Shown: in pieces, positions 51,901 through 63,772 of the stretch
Layout: each line of letters starts with the position of its first letter
Numbering within the stretch: the first letter of the stretch is position 1
NCBI RefSeq assembly: GCF_902459465.1
Contig: NC_047065.1
Location: forward strand, 5,642,001 to 5,706,000
Direction of reading: 5' to 3'
Length of the DNA stretch: 64,000 bases
Origin: Asterias rubens
Lineage: Eukaryota
Program-made: the position numbers and the translations under genes
Notes under the pieces: model-generated
What the model was told of the DNA's origin: nothing
The model's input: only the letters and a program-made list of their open reading frames with translations
Databases searched by the model: none

Positions 51901-53579
51901 ATGAAGACAGAACCAAACTGGCAGATGGGGACAGCGAAGAAAGCCTCACATCTTCAGAGTATATAGAGCAAGAAGGCAGTGTTAAACCATCTGAGTCTGT
52001 TGGGAGATCCCGCACCACCATGAAACCAAAGTGGTTCACAGATTTCAACAGGACCAACGACGTGTCTAAGATGCCTAAACCCAAGACTCGCCGAGGTCTT
52101 GTAGCAAATGAGGCCTGTGGTAAAGAACACTTGGAGTTCTTAAGCCATGGTAAATGCAGTGACAAAATAGACGCTGCACACGGGGAACAAGCGATAGGAC
52201 TAAATCATCCAATGGGAGATCTTGGAGTCAGTACTGAAACCAAGAAGAAAGATATCGACATATGGAGAAATGATTTTGAAGAAAACCAGACTCTTGTAAA
52301 CATTCTTGAGGAGGAAGAGGATGGTGAACAATCTTCTGTCAACTCGTCAAGTATGTCCGTGTACGATACTTGGTACGGTGGTGATAGATGTGAGGAGAAC
52401 ACCGTGCAGGTTCATGGGGGTCGGAGCTCCGCTACCCCCCACGAGTCCTCTCCCATGAAGGCCATGTCTGAAATGGTAGATCGAGAACACAGTCTCAAAC
52501 CTTCATCAGAACAAATACGCCAAGAATCCATCGCTGGAAAACCATCTCATATTGACAATAAATTCACCGAAAACAACAGCGAGAATGATGAGAGCAAAAT
52601 GATGGCTCGACCAAAGACTAAGCGCGGTCTAGTGGTGAAAGGGGGTGTTGATAAGAACAGTCCAGCCGGAGAGCTTGGAATCGTTATTCGTGAGATATGC
52701 GATGGCCACGAAAATGTGGGTCCATGTGGCAGAAACGAAGCACAAAGTTTACTTTTAAGAGGCCAAAAGAATGAATTAACAAATGTCGACATCTGGAGAA
52801 ACGATCATGTTGAACACTATGAGGTTGGAGGACTTGAAAGAAATGTTGAGAAAGGTGAAGACTCTAGGGTTGATAGTAAAGAAAGGGAGCTGACAATAAA
52901 GGAACTGGAGAAGTTAAATGAGAGCCAGAAGGAGCAGTGGGAGCTGGCTGCTCTAGGCGAATGGTCTGTGATCTGCCACGATGATGAAGATGATGAAGAA
53001 TCAACCAATATTTACCTTATGAAGGATGAGTTGCATAAAGAGCAAGAGGTAAGACAGAATCTGAAGAGCATCATCTGCGAGTTTCAAGAACTTCAAGTCA
53101 TCGAAGATTTACAGAAGATGCTGACCTTTGCAGGATGTCCAAGAGAGCAAGTTGAGAGAGCTCTGCGTCAATATGCTCGTATCTGCCATGGTCCAGTTCC
53201 GCTCACCGTATCAGGACAATCAAAAGCAGAGGCGGTTGAATCTCTCTCCATGAACCTTTGGCGTCGAACCAAACCCTTCGTCCAGGATCGACCGTCGTGT
53301 AGCTTCAAAGAGTTTGCCAGTGTAATGAAGGAGCTAGACACTCTAAGAGACAGACAAGACAGTGTGGAGGATTACCTGAAAATAAATCTAAGAAAAGAGG
53401 AGGCAAGAAGGAGGAAAGTCCAACCGTCTAAGAGAAGAAGAAAGACACCACGATGGGCACCAAGCAGAAAATTGTTTCAATGGGAGATAGACATGATACT
53501 CATGGAAACGTATGTCTTTTACGAGGGAAAGATTAAATCTAGCTGTCGTATTGATGTATTGCCAATCATTTTAGAATAA
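48966..53579 (+). CDS. Uncharacterised, largely low-complexity protein of ~887 aa; exons 48966-48983, 50656-50811, 50971-51123, 51243-53579
   Basis: The 731-aa ORF extends upstream in frame to the acceptor at 51242. Two upstream phase-0/0 exons with canonical sites are open (VLSKTTGDPW...; NTSDDVPDC...). The candidate first exon AACATG TCC AAC CCA AAA CCA|GTAAGT is less certain. I recognise no domain. Confidence 0.75.
49505..50298. mobile_element. Longer (~800 bp) member of the family at 6687-7081, in opposite orientation
   Basis: Starts AGGTTTTCTCGGTCAATTTCGGCAAATGA. The segment 50160-50298 matches the reverse complement of 6690-6830. Confidence 0.65.
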
Positions 53580-54256
53580 AGTGAGTTTTAACAATAAAAA
53601 GCGGTTACAATGCCAACATACAGTCATGGAATGTTTGCCTGTGGGGGTACCAGGGTTTTAAGCCAGGATTTGATAAAAGGGTGTCCCAAATTGGCTGGAA
53701 ATTTTGAAACTTGGTGTCCAAATTGTTCACTAATATAACAATACTGTGTCGATTGATAGGCCATATTCACAATGTGACAGAATTGTGGTAGCTACGGGAG
53801 TGGGGATTGAACGAGAGCAAGTGATGGTTAGGGCTGCCGTCAGACCAAGTGACTGAAGACACGGGCTGAACTTCAAATGTTTCTCAATCAATTTGGAAAT
53901 AAAGTAAAATATAGCTTTTCATTAATTTTAGACCGATTTCGAAGCAATGTGTGACGTCACAATACAGTACAATGCACTAATAGCAGTATTGGCAGTGGAC
54001 ACTGTTGGTTATGACTCAAAACAATTATCATCATAAAACCTTACTTGTTAACGAGTAATGGGGAGAGGTTGATAGTATAAAACATTGTGAGACACGGCTC
54101 CCTCTGAAGTAGCGTAGTTTCGAGAAAGATGTTCCACGAATTCAATTCCGACACCTTAGAATTAGACTTTGAGAGGTATCGAGGGTGTTTTTTTCTTTCA
54201 CTATTCACTCGCAACTGCGACGACCAAATGAGCTAAAATTTTCACAGGTTTTTTAT

Positions 54257-54572
54257 NNNNNNNNNNNNNNNNNNNNNNNNNNNNNNNNNNNNNNNNNNNN
54301 NNNNNNNNNNNNNNNNNNNNNNNNNNNNNNNNNNNNNNNNNNNNNNNNNNNNNNNNNNNNNNNNNNNNNNNNNNNNNNNNNNNNNNNNNNNNNNNNNNNN
54401 NNNNNNNNNNNNNNNNNNNNNNNNNNNNNNNNNNNNNNNNNNNNNNNNNNNNNNNNNNNNNNNNNNNNNNNNNNNNNNNNNNNNNNNNNNNNNNNNNNNN
54501 NNNNNNNNNNNNNNNNNNNNNNNNNNNNNNNNNNNNNNNNNNNNNNNNNNNNNNNNNNNNNNNNNNNNNNNN
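54257..54572. other. Assembly gap (316 N), beginning inside a Kolobok-like MITE (from ~53990)
   Basis: Run of N, preceded by GGCAGTGGACACTGTTGG... family sequence. Confidence 0.99.
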
Positions 54573-55551
54573 TGGATTGTTGATGTTTTTCTGTTGCCCT
54601 CAGTCGTGTGGTTCTTTGTTTTCTCTTTTACTGCCTGCCCGTCTTATATCTTGATAAATCCCCCTTTGTCCTATTTTCCAATCCAGATGTATATATTTAT
54701 ATATTTTTAATGTTTTTAAGAGTTTTCTCCTTTTCGTATAAAATGTTTGTAATTTTTAATTTTTATGTGAACTGCCGAATAAATAATAATAAAAATAAAA
54801 ATAATAGTAAAGACATTGTTCGTGTAAAAAAAAAAGATTAAAAAAACACACATAATAATGTGAAAATAATTCCTTAAAAATACGAAAACTTCATAGTGTA
54901 TACCGTAATACATTTCTTTTTTTTTGTACTTTGTTTAAATTTGTATACCCAAATAATGTAATTAAAAGCGTTGTTTTCAGCATCAAATTACTTTAAAATC
55001 TCAAGTGAATTTGTCTAATAATTATTATGAGCTTGTAGGCCTACTCCCTCCCTGAACCTACCTTTTTATGAGCTTGTAGCCCTGCACCTACCTTCTTTTC
55101 TTTTTTTCTTTTTGTTTCATTAGTAATGCCACCCCCCCCCCCCCCCCCCAGTAATATGGAAATAATATGTGTAGGCCTATTAAAGAAACAGTACAAATGA
55201 ACGTTATTACTTTCTCACCATGCACAGAGCATCTATAGAGTTCAAAACAATCCAGCTAGGGGCCCTTAAGCGGGCCCGGACCCCCGGACCCCACGCCGGA
55301 AAAGGCTTTGCGCTACGCGCTCGCATCGACACCTTCCAAGTTTTTCCTTGCATTTATTTTAAGAGTGTTTGAACACGTACCCTCGACATATATATGACTT
55401 GTTGTGCTTAATAATTCATTCTGAAATATAATTGTGACTCCTAATTTGAAGAAGAAAAAACGACGTCGGCCGCTCCTTTTTGGCTAGTCTACCGAAGTTT
55501 CCATTCGGGATCAGGCAATATTCGCAATTGGTCTATTTATAGATGCTCGGC

Positions 55552-55559
55552 TGACGTCA
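55552..55559. promoter_or_regulatory. Full CRE palindrome ~90 bp upstream of the GPATCH1 start codon
   Basis: TGACGTCA. Supported only by sequence match and position. Confidence 0.3.
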
Positions 55560-55647
55560 AGTAGACCGACAGCAGTCCAAATTTGTCTTCGCTCTGCTGC
55601 CAGATCTATAGTTTTACCTAAATTTTACACGATTCCAATTATAAGTA

Positions 55648-58600
55648 ATGGCAGATGACTCTGATGAAGATGATTTGGTCACATACGGTACTTCGCTTGA
55701 GCCGATCGACGACGGTAAAACAAAAGTTTAAATTCTTCTAAACTACTCCTCGCGTGTTAAATCACATTGACCAGTTACGATATTACATTTTCAGTCCTGT
55801 GTTTATGTGTTATGTGTAGCATTCTACCTCCATGCCATGTGTGTAGCAATGGCAGGTTGTTGATGAACTGCTTTAATTTACTGCGTTAACTTACCCATAG
55901 ACTAGAGCAACCAGAGCCTTATCCAAGGCAAAACCCTTTAGTTTTCCTGTTATTATGTTACTGTGTATGCGGTCAGGGCTTTATCTGGAGATTAATAAAA
56001 TTTATCGTTTTATTTATGCCGGTTTATAATAATATTTAATAATATTTTAAATAATATGTAAAAATTGTAGGCAGACCTACCAAGCCAAGTCTCACGTATT
56101 AGGCGTGAGACTCACGCATTTGGGCTCTGTCTCACGCTCACACGCAAAAAAATCTCACGCATAGCTGGCCTCTGGACTTGGCATCTCTTTGAGGCCAGTT
56201 GCGATAACGTAACCCTCCCGCTAATGCAGGAGGGTTGCGTTATCGCAACCAATATTATTGATTAATTATAAATAAGGGAATAAAGCCAAAGGGTAGCGAA
56301 CAAGTTCTTGCCTGGCCGTTTAAAGCCGGCAGGGTCGAATTGCTGTGTGATGAAGGCACTCACCTTCGGCTCGGGCCTTTCACACGACCCCTTTCAAACG
56401 ACCCTGCAAGGTTGTAAACGGACGTTTAAGAACCGTTTAAACATCCGCTCTCCACCAATAGGAGTAGAGAAACTGTCTGGGGGTATTTATGAATAATGGG
56501 ATAACTTTCCGTATGGCGCCACCACTTTTTCACTCATTTTTACAAAAAGGGATATAATATCAATCAGGTAAATAAGTTCCTATTATTTTATATCGAATGA
56601 AAAAGTGGTGGCGCCATATGGAAACTTTTCCGAATAATGTATTAGGTCCCTAATTATTATAATAAATAGATTTAATTTGGTCATATTTAAACTTGTTAAG
56701 GCAGTGGACATAGCTATTACAAGCATCTTGCTCAAGGACACAAGCGTCACGACCGGGATTCGAACCCACACTCTGGTGACTTAGCACCAGAACTTGATTT
56801 CGATGCTCTTAACCACTCGGCCATGACACTCTAATTATCCCTTTTCAGACGCAGCTCGACGCAAACCAGTCCTCCTTGAAGATCAGGTGGTTACGGACAA
56901 GCAAGGACGTCGTAGATTCCATGGCGCTTTCACAGGTGGCTTTTCAGCCGGCTACTTCAACTCAGTCGGTTCCAAGAAAGGTAAAAATGCAAAAAGAAAT
57001 CAGACAAACAAAAATAGCCTTCTCAAAGTGTACTTCTTTAAAGATGTGATAATATATTTGAGTTGTGTCGGTAACCGATGGTTAATAATAATATTAATAT
57101 AATGTCAAAAGTCTTATAAACATTAGCACACGGATACACCAAGCAAGGTACTCAAGGCGCGGAGTACAATATACAAACTTTCAGAAAGTCCAGCACGATG
57201 AATTATGAGACCCAGTTATTCAGCACCTTACAAGGGTTTACGAGGTGCTACAGCCCATACAGCAGCCACAGCCAGGAACATCGGGCGAACCCCTTCTCTT
57301 TTTGATAAGTACACTGGGTTCTTTTATGTACTTGTGTTACACAGCACATGGGACTAACAGCTTTACGTCCCATCCGAAGGACAAAGCAATGGTTTAATTA
57401 GTGTATTGCTAAAGGACACAAGTGTCACGGCTGGGGATTCGAACCCACACTCTGCTGATCAGAAACACCAGAATTTGAATTTGGTGCTCTTAACCGCTCG
57501 CCCACGACACTTCCACTTTGTTGACAACTCAACTGTTAAAAGATGAATTCCAAATTGCATTGCTAAAGCTTTCTTACTCTTTCTTACTTAGGATGGGAAC
57601 CATCTACCTTCACATCGTCCAGGGGTCAGAAGTCAGGAGCATCTAATCAGAGAGCAGAAGACTTTATGGATGATGAGGTATGGTAGACGGACTGCATGCA
57701 TTTCAGAAAAAATAAGTTCATAAGTCGAATACCACTTTCAGTTGAAATCCTTAGGTTTGGAGCTAGTTCTAGAATTCCACTTGTCTGAAAAACTTGTCGT
57801 TTTATCAGTTGAACTTTTTGAGCTACATGCAGTTGTTGAAGTGGTAATAATTGGATTCACCCAGTTTTCAGGGAAAGTTACTTTTGGCTTCTTGAACTTC
57901 TTGAAAAGAGGCCTTATTGTCTTTTTGTTTTTTTTAAAGAGATAATAGCCTAAGGGCCATGTCACAGGAGGCAATTTAGGGGCCGGGCAATCTCCAAGAA
58001 GAATAGGCATTCCTATTTGAATGTTAACTTGTTTCTTTTGTGGATCGTAAGATGATGTTAAAAAATTGACTCATGTGCTACCAAAGCAGTCTAGTAGCAA
58101 GCACTGCAGTCGGTTGCCTCCAAGTTGCCTGTAAAAGTTGCCTCGTGTGACAAGGCCCTACATCACAAGACCAGATGGACACTGCAAGATGAAGAGGACA
58201 CTTAAATGATGTGAGCAAATCACCCATCATCTGCGACAAGGGGCATGTTCCCGCCTACTCCTTTCACTGTTATTAAGACATCCACCAGGAGCCTGGGGCT
58301 TTTCTCAAACCTCGGCTTAGGCTCCGGCTCAGGCTCCGCGTGCTGATATACAATCAGCAATTCGTGCTGAAAAAGCAGGTTAAAGGCCGAGCTGCGTACA
58401 CAGCACGCGGAGCCTAAGCCGGAGCCCAAGCCGTGGTTTGAGAAATGCCCTTGGCTGGTAGAACTAGTGAGGTGGAACTAGTCTGGGGCCGATTTCACAA
58501 AGCAATAAAATTCATTGCAGAAAATTTCTCAGTATCTTCATAGTGATTTGTATCGTGACATCACACTTTACTAATAGCAACTACGATTGATTTGCAGTTA

Positions 58601-61600
58601 CGATCAATCTTTAGATCTTTGTGAAATCAGCCCCAGGTATGAATATGCCTCATACTATCTTCTTTTTTGTTCTGAAGGACTTGGGTGATTTTGGAATTGC
58701 TCCACGAAAGATTGTGACTACGGGTAAGTTCACCAATGAGGAGACGCGACGGAAACGTCCAGCGCAGGTTGTCGGCCCTAGCGTTATACCCGGGGAATCT
58801 CCATTACAAGATTTGATTGTTCCAAGCAAGTAAGTTGGGTTTTAAGAGATGTTTTTAGGAAGACTGAACCAAAAAGCAGGGTTCTTTGTAAGACTTTCTG
58901 CGGAAATTATTGATAGGATGTAAGTGTTCTGGCAAACTCAGAGCTGTAGGGACTTTTACACTTTAAAACAAAGGTCCCGAAACTGTTTTTTTTATGTTAA
59001 ACTGGGTCTCCACATTCTTTAGCAAATTGAATAGTAGGACAACAATAGCCAGATGGAAGTTACAAGTTTTATATATTCAGTGTTTAAAGACACTGGACAC
59101 TATTAGTAATTGTCAAAGACCAGTCTTCTCACTTGGTAGTTGTCAAAGACCAGTCTTCTCACTTGGTGTATCTTAACGTATGCATAAAATAACAAACCTG
59201 TGAAAATTTTAGCTCAATTGGTAATCGAAGTTGCCAGATAACTATGAAAGTTAAAACATTCTTGTCACACGAAGTTGTGTGCTTTCTGATGCTTGATTTC
59301 GAGACCTCAAAATCTAATTCTGAGGTCTACGTTACTTCACAAGGAGCCGTTTCTCACAGTGTTTTATAATATTTACAGCTCCCCATTACTCGTTCCCAAG
59401 TAAGGTTTTGCGCTAATAATTATTTTGAGTAATTACCAATAGTGTCCACTGCCTTTAAGTACAATTGGATAACTTGAAAAACCATTGAAGTGTTTCTTTG
59501 TATTTTCATGTGTTTCTCTGTAGTGATTCCATGGGGGCTAGGCTCTTGCGTAAGATGGGATGGAGACACGGTCAAGGCATAGGGGCAAAGGTCAGGAGAA
59601 GGAAGAAGAAAAGCGCCCTCATTGGTGAGTATTGGGTCAGATAGGTTTATCAATATTATTTATAAAATTGTGGTTAAGGAAACTAGAGTGCCTCATAAGT
59701 GAACTTTTAAAATCACTGTAGCTCACCAGCAGGAAACTTGTACAAAAATTCTTGCAATGTGAACCAATGGGAGTGTCGTAGCCGAGCGGTTAACAGCACC
59801 GAATTCAAACTCTGCTGTTGCTGATCAGCAGAGTGTGGGTTCGAATCCCCAGCCGTGACACTTGTGTCCTGAAGACACTTAATCATTGCTTCGTCCATCG
59901 GATGGGACGTAAAGCCGTTGGTCCCATGTGTTGTGTAAACGCATGTAAAAGAACCCAGCGCACTTATCAACAAGAGTAGGGGTTTGCCCTGGTGTCCCTG
60001 GCTGGATTGGCAGCATATTGCGCCACAGCACATTGTAAACCATTACATGGTGCTTAGGGACTAGGTCTTATATCTCAAAAATTGGCCCCACTCCTTGCAG
60101 TAATAATACCTCGCGCTTTGTATCCTTTGACAAAAGGCGCGTTATAAATTATACGGTTATTATTAAAGGGCTCAGTATTTTTTTTGCAAGGACGTGGAGC
60201 TATGTTTTGAAACTGTATGACACCTACATGTATTTCTTTAAAGCACCATGTACATGTAACATTTGTAATATAGTTTACTAGGCTCTGTGGCACAATATGC
60301 TGCAAATAAAATCAGGAACACCGGGGCGAACCCCTTAAGAACAGAGACATGATCTTGGTTATCGGAAAAAAATACGTGATTAGGGTACCACCAAGACTGG
60401 TATGAATTGTGAAACTATTTTCAATTATGATCCAGGAGCACCAGAAAGTGATGGCAGTGGTGGAGAGGAAAGCAACTTCTATCAGGGGTTCCTCTTTGCT
60501 CCTGCTGATGTAGATGAGATCGCTATGATGCCCAAAGATGACCACCACGGCATCGGGTACAGGGGTTTAGACCCGACACTGGCTGGTATGGGGCGTCATG
60601 TTTCGCTGTTCGAGGAACCTGTGAACAGTCGCGGTGGAAAGCGTGGCATCTCAGGACAGGTGGGTAACATAATACCATAGAGTAAGGAACGTAGATGGAG
60701 TTACAACTAGTCGTCTTCACAGGTTCCATGTGTGTTACCGCGGGCAATAACGACCAGCGCTAATCGGCAGAAACATCTGTGGGCGCATTTACTAACGAGC
60801 AAAGTATAAAGAACTAGCTACCCAGTTAAGCTACAGAAAAATACACAGATTGCGATGCGTTCAAGCGTCCTTCTCAACCAACAACATACGGCAAGGATGA
60901 TTTTAGCTATGAATAACGACATTTCAATGATTTTGGCAAACAAAAATGCAATAGGAATTACCTCTTTGTAGTATTCTTATAAAACAAACACAAAATCAGT
61001 TGAATAATTACGGCTCTCTCAATCTTCTCAACCAAAAATATCCTACGCGAAATTGTACAAAAGTAAAAAAAAAAAGGAAAAAAAAAAAGGTCATTTTATA
61101 AAAATTCCCCTTTTTCAGTTTGTGTCTAATTGTGTCTACCGTTCAAATGCATATCCCCCGCTAGGAAAAGCGTTTGCAAACAATCTCAATTCGTTTTCAA
61201 CGGCCGGAGACCACCGACATTCTTTTCATGATAAAACAATCAATACCACATATTTCATAATTTTCCCGATCAGCAAAACCTAACAAATGTCATAATTCAT
61301 TACAGGAAAGGCCGATTTGTTTGCTTCAAAATTCAGTCAAAAGCTCAAAGTCTACAGTTTCTAATGTAGCATTGTGCGCATGCAACGTAGGTGACATTGT
61401 TTACTGCGCACGCGTTGAACTTGTGTGTTGCTACTTTACCACTCCAATAATTATGAATGGAAAACGACGTGATACCAGCGACGGCAGCGAAAGGCGGTAA
61501 CACACATGGGGTACAAAGAGCTCGCTGCAGTCGAAATGTGTACAGCCTTTTACAGGCGCTGCGGTTCACATCCATAGTGTTTCCACTGGAGGTGGATGCA

Positions 61601-63364
61601 GCACTAATCGGATTAATTTGAGCTTCGGGGATTAAGACTGGAGTTGTAACTCCTTCTGTTCCTTGCTCTATGATAATACGTAGACAAATAATATAAATAT
61701 TGATGGACATGTAGTGTGCCTTGTCTGACAGAAAGACACTCCTGGGCATAGAAGGATGAACAGTGGACACTATTGGTATTTACTCAAAATAATTATTAGC
61801 ATAAAACCTTACTTGGCAACGAGTAATGGGGAGCTGTTTATAGTATAAAACATTGTGAGAAAACGTAGTTTTCGAGAAAGAAGTAATTTTCCCTGAATTT
61901 GATTTCGAGACCTCAGAATTAGATTTTGAGTTCTCGGAATCAAGCATCTGAAAGCACACAAATTTGTGTGACAAGGGTGTTTGTTTCTTTCATTATTATC
62001 TCGCAACTTTGATGACCAATTGAGTTAAAATGTTCACAGGTTTAGTTTTTTGTGCATATGTTGAGATACGCCAAGTACGAATACTGGTCTTTGACAATTG
62101 CCAATTAAAGGAACACGTTGCCTCGGATCGGACGAGTTGGTCTATAAAAAGAGTTTGTAACCGTTTTTTATAAAATGCATATATGGTTGGAAAGATTTTT
62201 TAAAAGTAGAATACATTGATCCACACGTATTTGCCTCGAAATTGGTTTTCCTTTTACTGTGCGAACTAACACGGTCGGCCATTTATGGGAGTCAAAAATT
62301 TGACTCCCATAAATGGCCGACCGTGTTAGTCGACGAGGTAAAAGGAATTTGTGTGGATCATTGTATTTTACTTTTACAACATCTTTCTACCCATTTGCAT
62401 TTTATAACAAACAGTTAAAACGGTCAAAGACCAACTCGACCGATTCAAGGCAACGTGTTCCTTTAAAACCAGTGTCTTTAAAGTCAAGACTGAACAAGTG
62501 AGATTTTAAGTTGCAGAAAGTTTTAAGCTGCAGAAAGTGTCTACCACTCTAAGGTTCAGTGGAAGAGCATTCCAAAGAGAGGGTGCAGCTGGTGAATAAG
62601 AATGCAACAGCGGGTAACAAGTTGTTTTTGAGACCCCAAAACACTGCTAGCTCTTGTCATTGTGGAAGTGACTAGTTCTGCTAGTCTGGTTTTAGCCATG
62701 GTGCTCCGTTATAATACTATCAGAAGCATTACATGTATGATGCCAGTGTAATTTGTTATCGTGTTTAAAAGGCAGTGGACACTATTGGTAATTACTTAAA
62801 ATAATTATTAGCATAAAACCTCACTTGGTAACGATTAATGGGGAGAGGTTGATAATATAAACTATTCCCTCTGACGGCTCCCTCTGAAGTGACATAGTTT
62901 TCAAGAAAGAAGTAATTTTCCACGAATTTGATTTCGAGACCTGAAGTTTAGAATTTGAGGTCTCGAAATCAAGCATCTGAAAGCACACAACTTCATGTGA
63001 CAAGGGTGTTTTTTCACCTTACAACTCCGAGGACCAATCAAGCTCAAATTTTCACAGGTTTGTTTTTTTGTGCATAGATGTTGAGATACACCAAGTGAGA
63101 AGACTGGTCTGAGTGTCCACTGTCTTTAATGACCATAATGTTAATGACCATACATGTAAGTTGCTTGTACAAAATAATAATAATTAAAAAAAAATTATGA
63201 GTTTTTCATTTATTTTCACAAGGCTTTTGGCATCGGAGCTTTCGAAGCAGCTGATGATGAGATTTATTCCTCGGGTAATTTGGCCAACTACGACCGCGTT
63301 CTTGGAGGGGAGGAGCCGGGGAAAAGCAAGTATGGCTGGACAGCGCCCTCTGACAGGCAAAAAG
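55648..63364 (+). CDS. GPATCH1: G-patch domain-containing protein 1, 5' part; exons 55648-55714, 56849-56980, 57592-57677, 58678-58829, 59524-59624, 60436-60659, 63223-63364; continues beyond the window
   Basis: Encodes [69 protein letters not shown], the G-patch MGARLLRKMGWRHGQGIG, PKDDHHGIGYRGLDP, GISGQAFGIGAFE and YGWTAP. All junctions are GT-AG and phase-consistent. Confidence 0.96.
56499..56630. mobile_element. Small MITE
   Basis: TIR TTTCCGTATGGCGCCACCACTTTTTCA / TGAAAAAGTGGTGGCGCCATATGGAAA. Confidence 0.6.
56715..56832 (-). mobile_element. tRNA-derived SINE, 5' fragment
   Basis: The reverse complement reads GTGTCATGGCCGAGTGGTTAAGAGC...GTGGGTTCGAATCCCGGTCGTGACGCTTGTGTCCTTGAGCAAG. Confidence 0.75.
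57205..57515 (-). mobile_element. tRNA-derived SINE, near full length, in GPATCH1 intron 2
   Basis: Reverse complement of the 59768-60070 copy, with A and B boxes present. Confidence 0.8.
58296..58450. mobile_element. GC-rich MITE
   Basis: TIR GGGCTTTTCTCAAACCTCGGCTTAGGCTCCGGCTCAGGCTCCGCGTGCTG / CAGCACGCGGAGCCTAAGCCGGAGCCCAAGCCGTGGTTTGAGAAATGCCC. Confidence 0.7.
58486..58633. mobile_element. Harbinger-like MITE ending 44 bp before GPATCH1 exon 4
   Basis: GGGCCGATTTCACAAAG / CTTTGTGAAATCAGCCC with CTG/CAG flanks. Confidence 0.6.
59088..59454. mobile_element. Kolobok-like MITE (AGGCAGTGGACAC family)
   Basis: AGACACTGGACAC / GTGTCCACTGCCT with TTAA flanks. Confidence 0.8.
59768..60070 (+). 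mobile_element. tRNA-derived SINE, near full length, in GPATCH1 intron 5
   Basis: GTGTCGTAGCCGAGCGGTTAA (A box) ... GTGGGTTCGAATCCC (B box), then a GTGACACTTGTGTCCT..AGACACTTAA body shared with 57205-57515. Confidence 0.8.
60676..61672. mobile_element. Non-autonomous P-superfamily-like DNA transposon (~1 kb)
   Basis: TIR CATAGAGTAAGGAAC..GGAGTTACAACT / AGTTGTAACTCC..GTTCCTTGCTCTATG with an exact 7-bp TSD ATAATAC (60669-60675, 61673-61679). CANRG termini and a 7-8 bp TSD fit P elements. Confidence 0.75.
62109..62462. mobile_element. Kolobok-like MITE nested in the right end of an AGGCAGTGGACAC-family copy (~61761-62478)
   Basis: TIR AGGAACACGTTGCC / GGCAACGTGTTCCT with TTAA flanks. The host end CCAGTGTCTTTAA resumes right after it. 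Confidence 0.75.
62770..63125. mobile_element. Kolobok-like MITE (AGGCAGTGGACAC family)
   Basis: AGGCAGTGGACAC / GTGTCCACTGTCT-TTAA. Confidence 0.8.
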
Positions 63365-63659
63365 GTACGAAGAAAGGGAGGTCTGGATTCATGTGAGTGG
63401 GCTTTGCAGCCGGAATTCAGACGTTTGATGTCAGAATATGCTGAAAATTGGGGGAAATTACATCTAAACTGCCGTCGATTTCTCAAAGAGTTAGGACTCG
63501 TGTTATCTCGAGTTAGGACGAGTAACATGTAGCACACCAAGCTATTAACATCAATCATAAGAACCATCTCTGCCTTCACAGGTACCCATTGACACCTAAG
63601 TGAATAGAAGCAAGTATACATGTAGTATACAAATATTGACTGCTTCGAGTGCTATGGTT

Positions 63660-63772
63660 ATAACTATGACTCCCTCGGTGATCCCCGAAGCGTTCCCTGA
63701 GCGTTCTATTTTTCCCGAGGGGGCCTCGGGAAAATAGAACGCTCCGGGGATCTCCGAGGGAGTCATAGTTTT
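63660..63772. repeat. Palindromic hairpin element
   Basis: AACTATGACTCCCTCGG...AGCGTTCTATTTTTCCCGAGG / CCTCGGGAAAATAGAACGCT...CCGAGGGAGTCATAGTT. Confidence 0.65.

Noticed and set aside
54185-54583. 132-aa ORF
   Set aside because: It is an artefact of translating through the N gap.
56198-56249. Small hairpin GTTGCGATAACGTAACCCTCC...GGAGGGTTGCGTTATCGCAAC
   Set aside because: It is one of many small palindromic repeat remnants in these introns, with nothing to suggest a specific function.
59768-59850. tRNA genes (also 11570-11645, 56745-56832, 57430-57515, 9040-9270)
   Set aside because: A/B boxes are present, but the acceptor and anticodon stems are imperfect and each continues into a shared non-tRNA body. 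They are SINEs or their remnants.
61345-61770. 141-aa minus-strand ORF in GPATCH1 intron 6
   Set aside because: It lies mostly inside the P-like non-autonomous element and shows no transposase or other motif.
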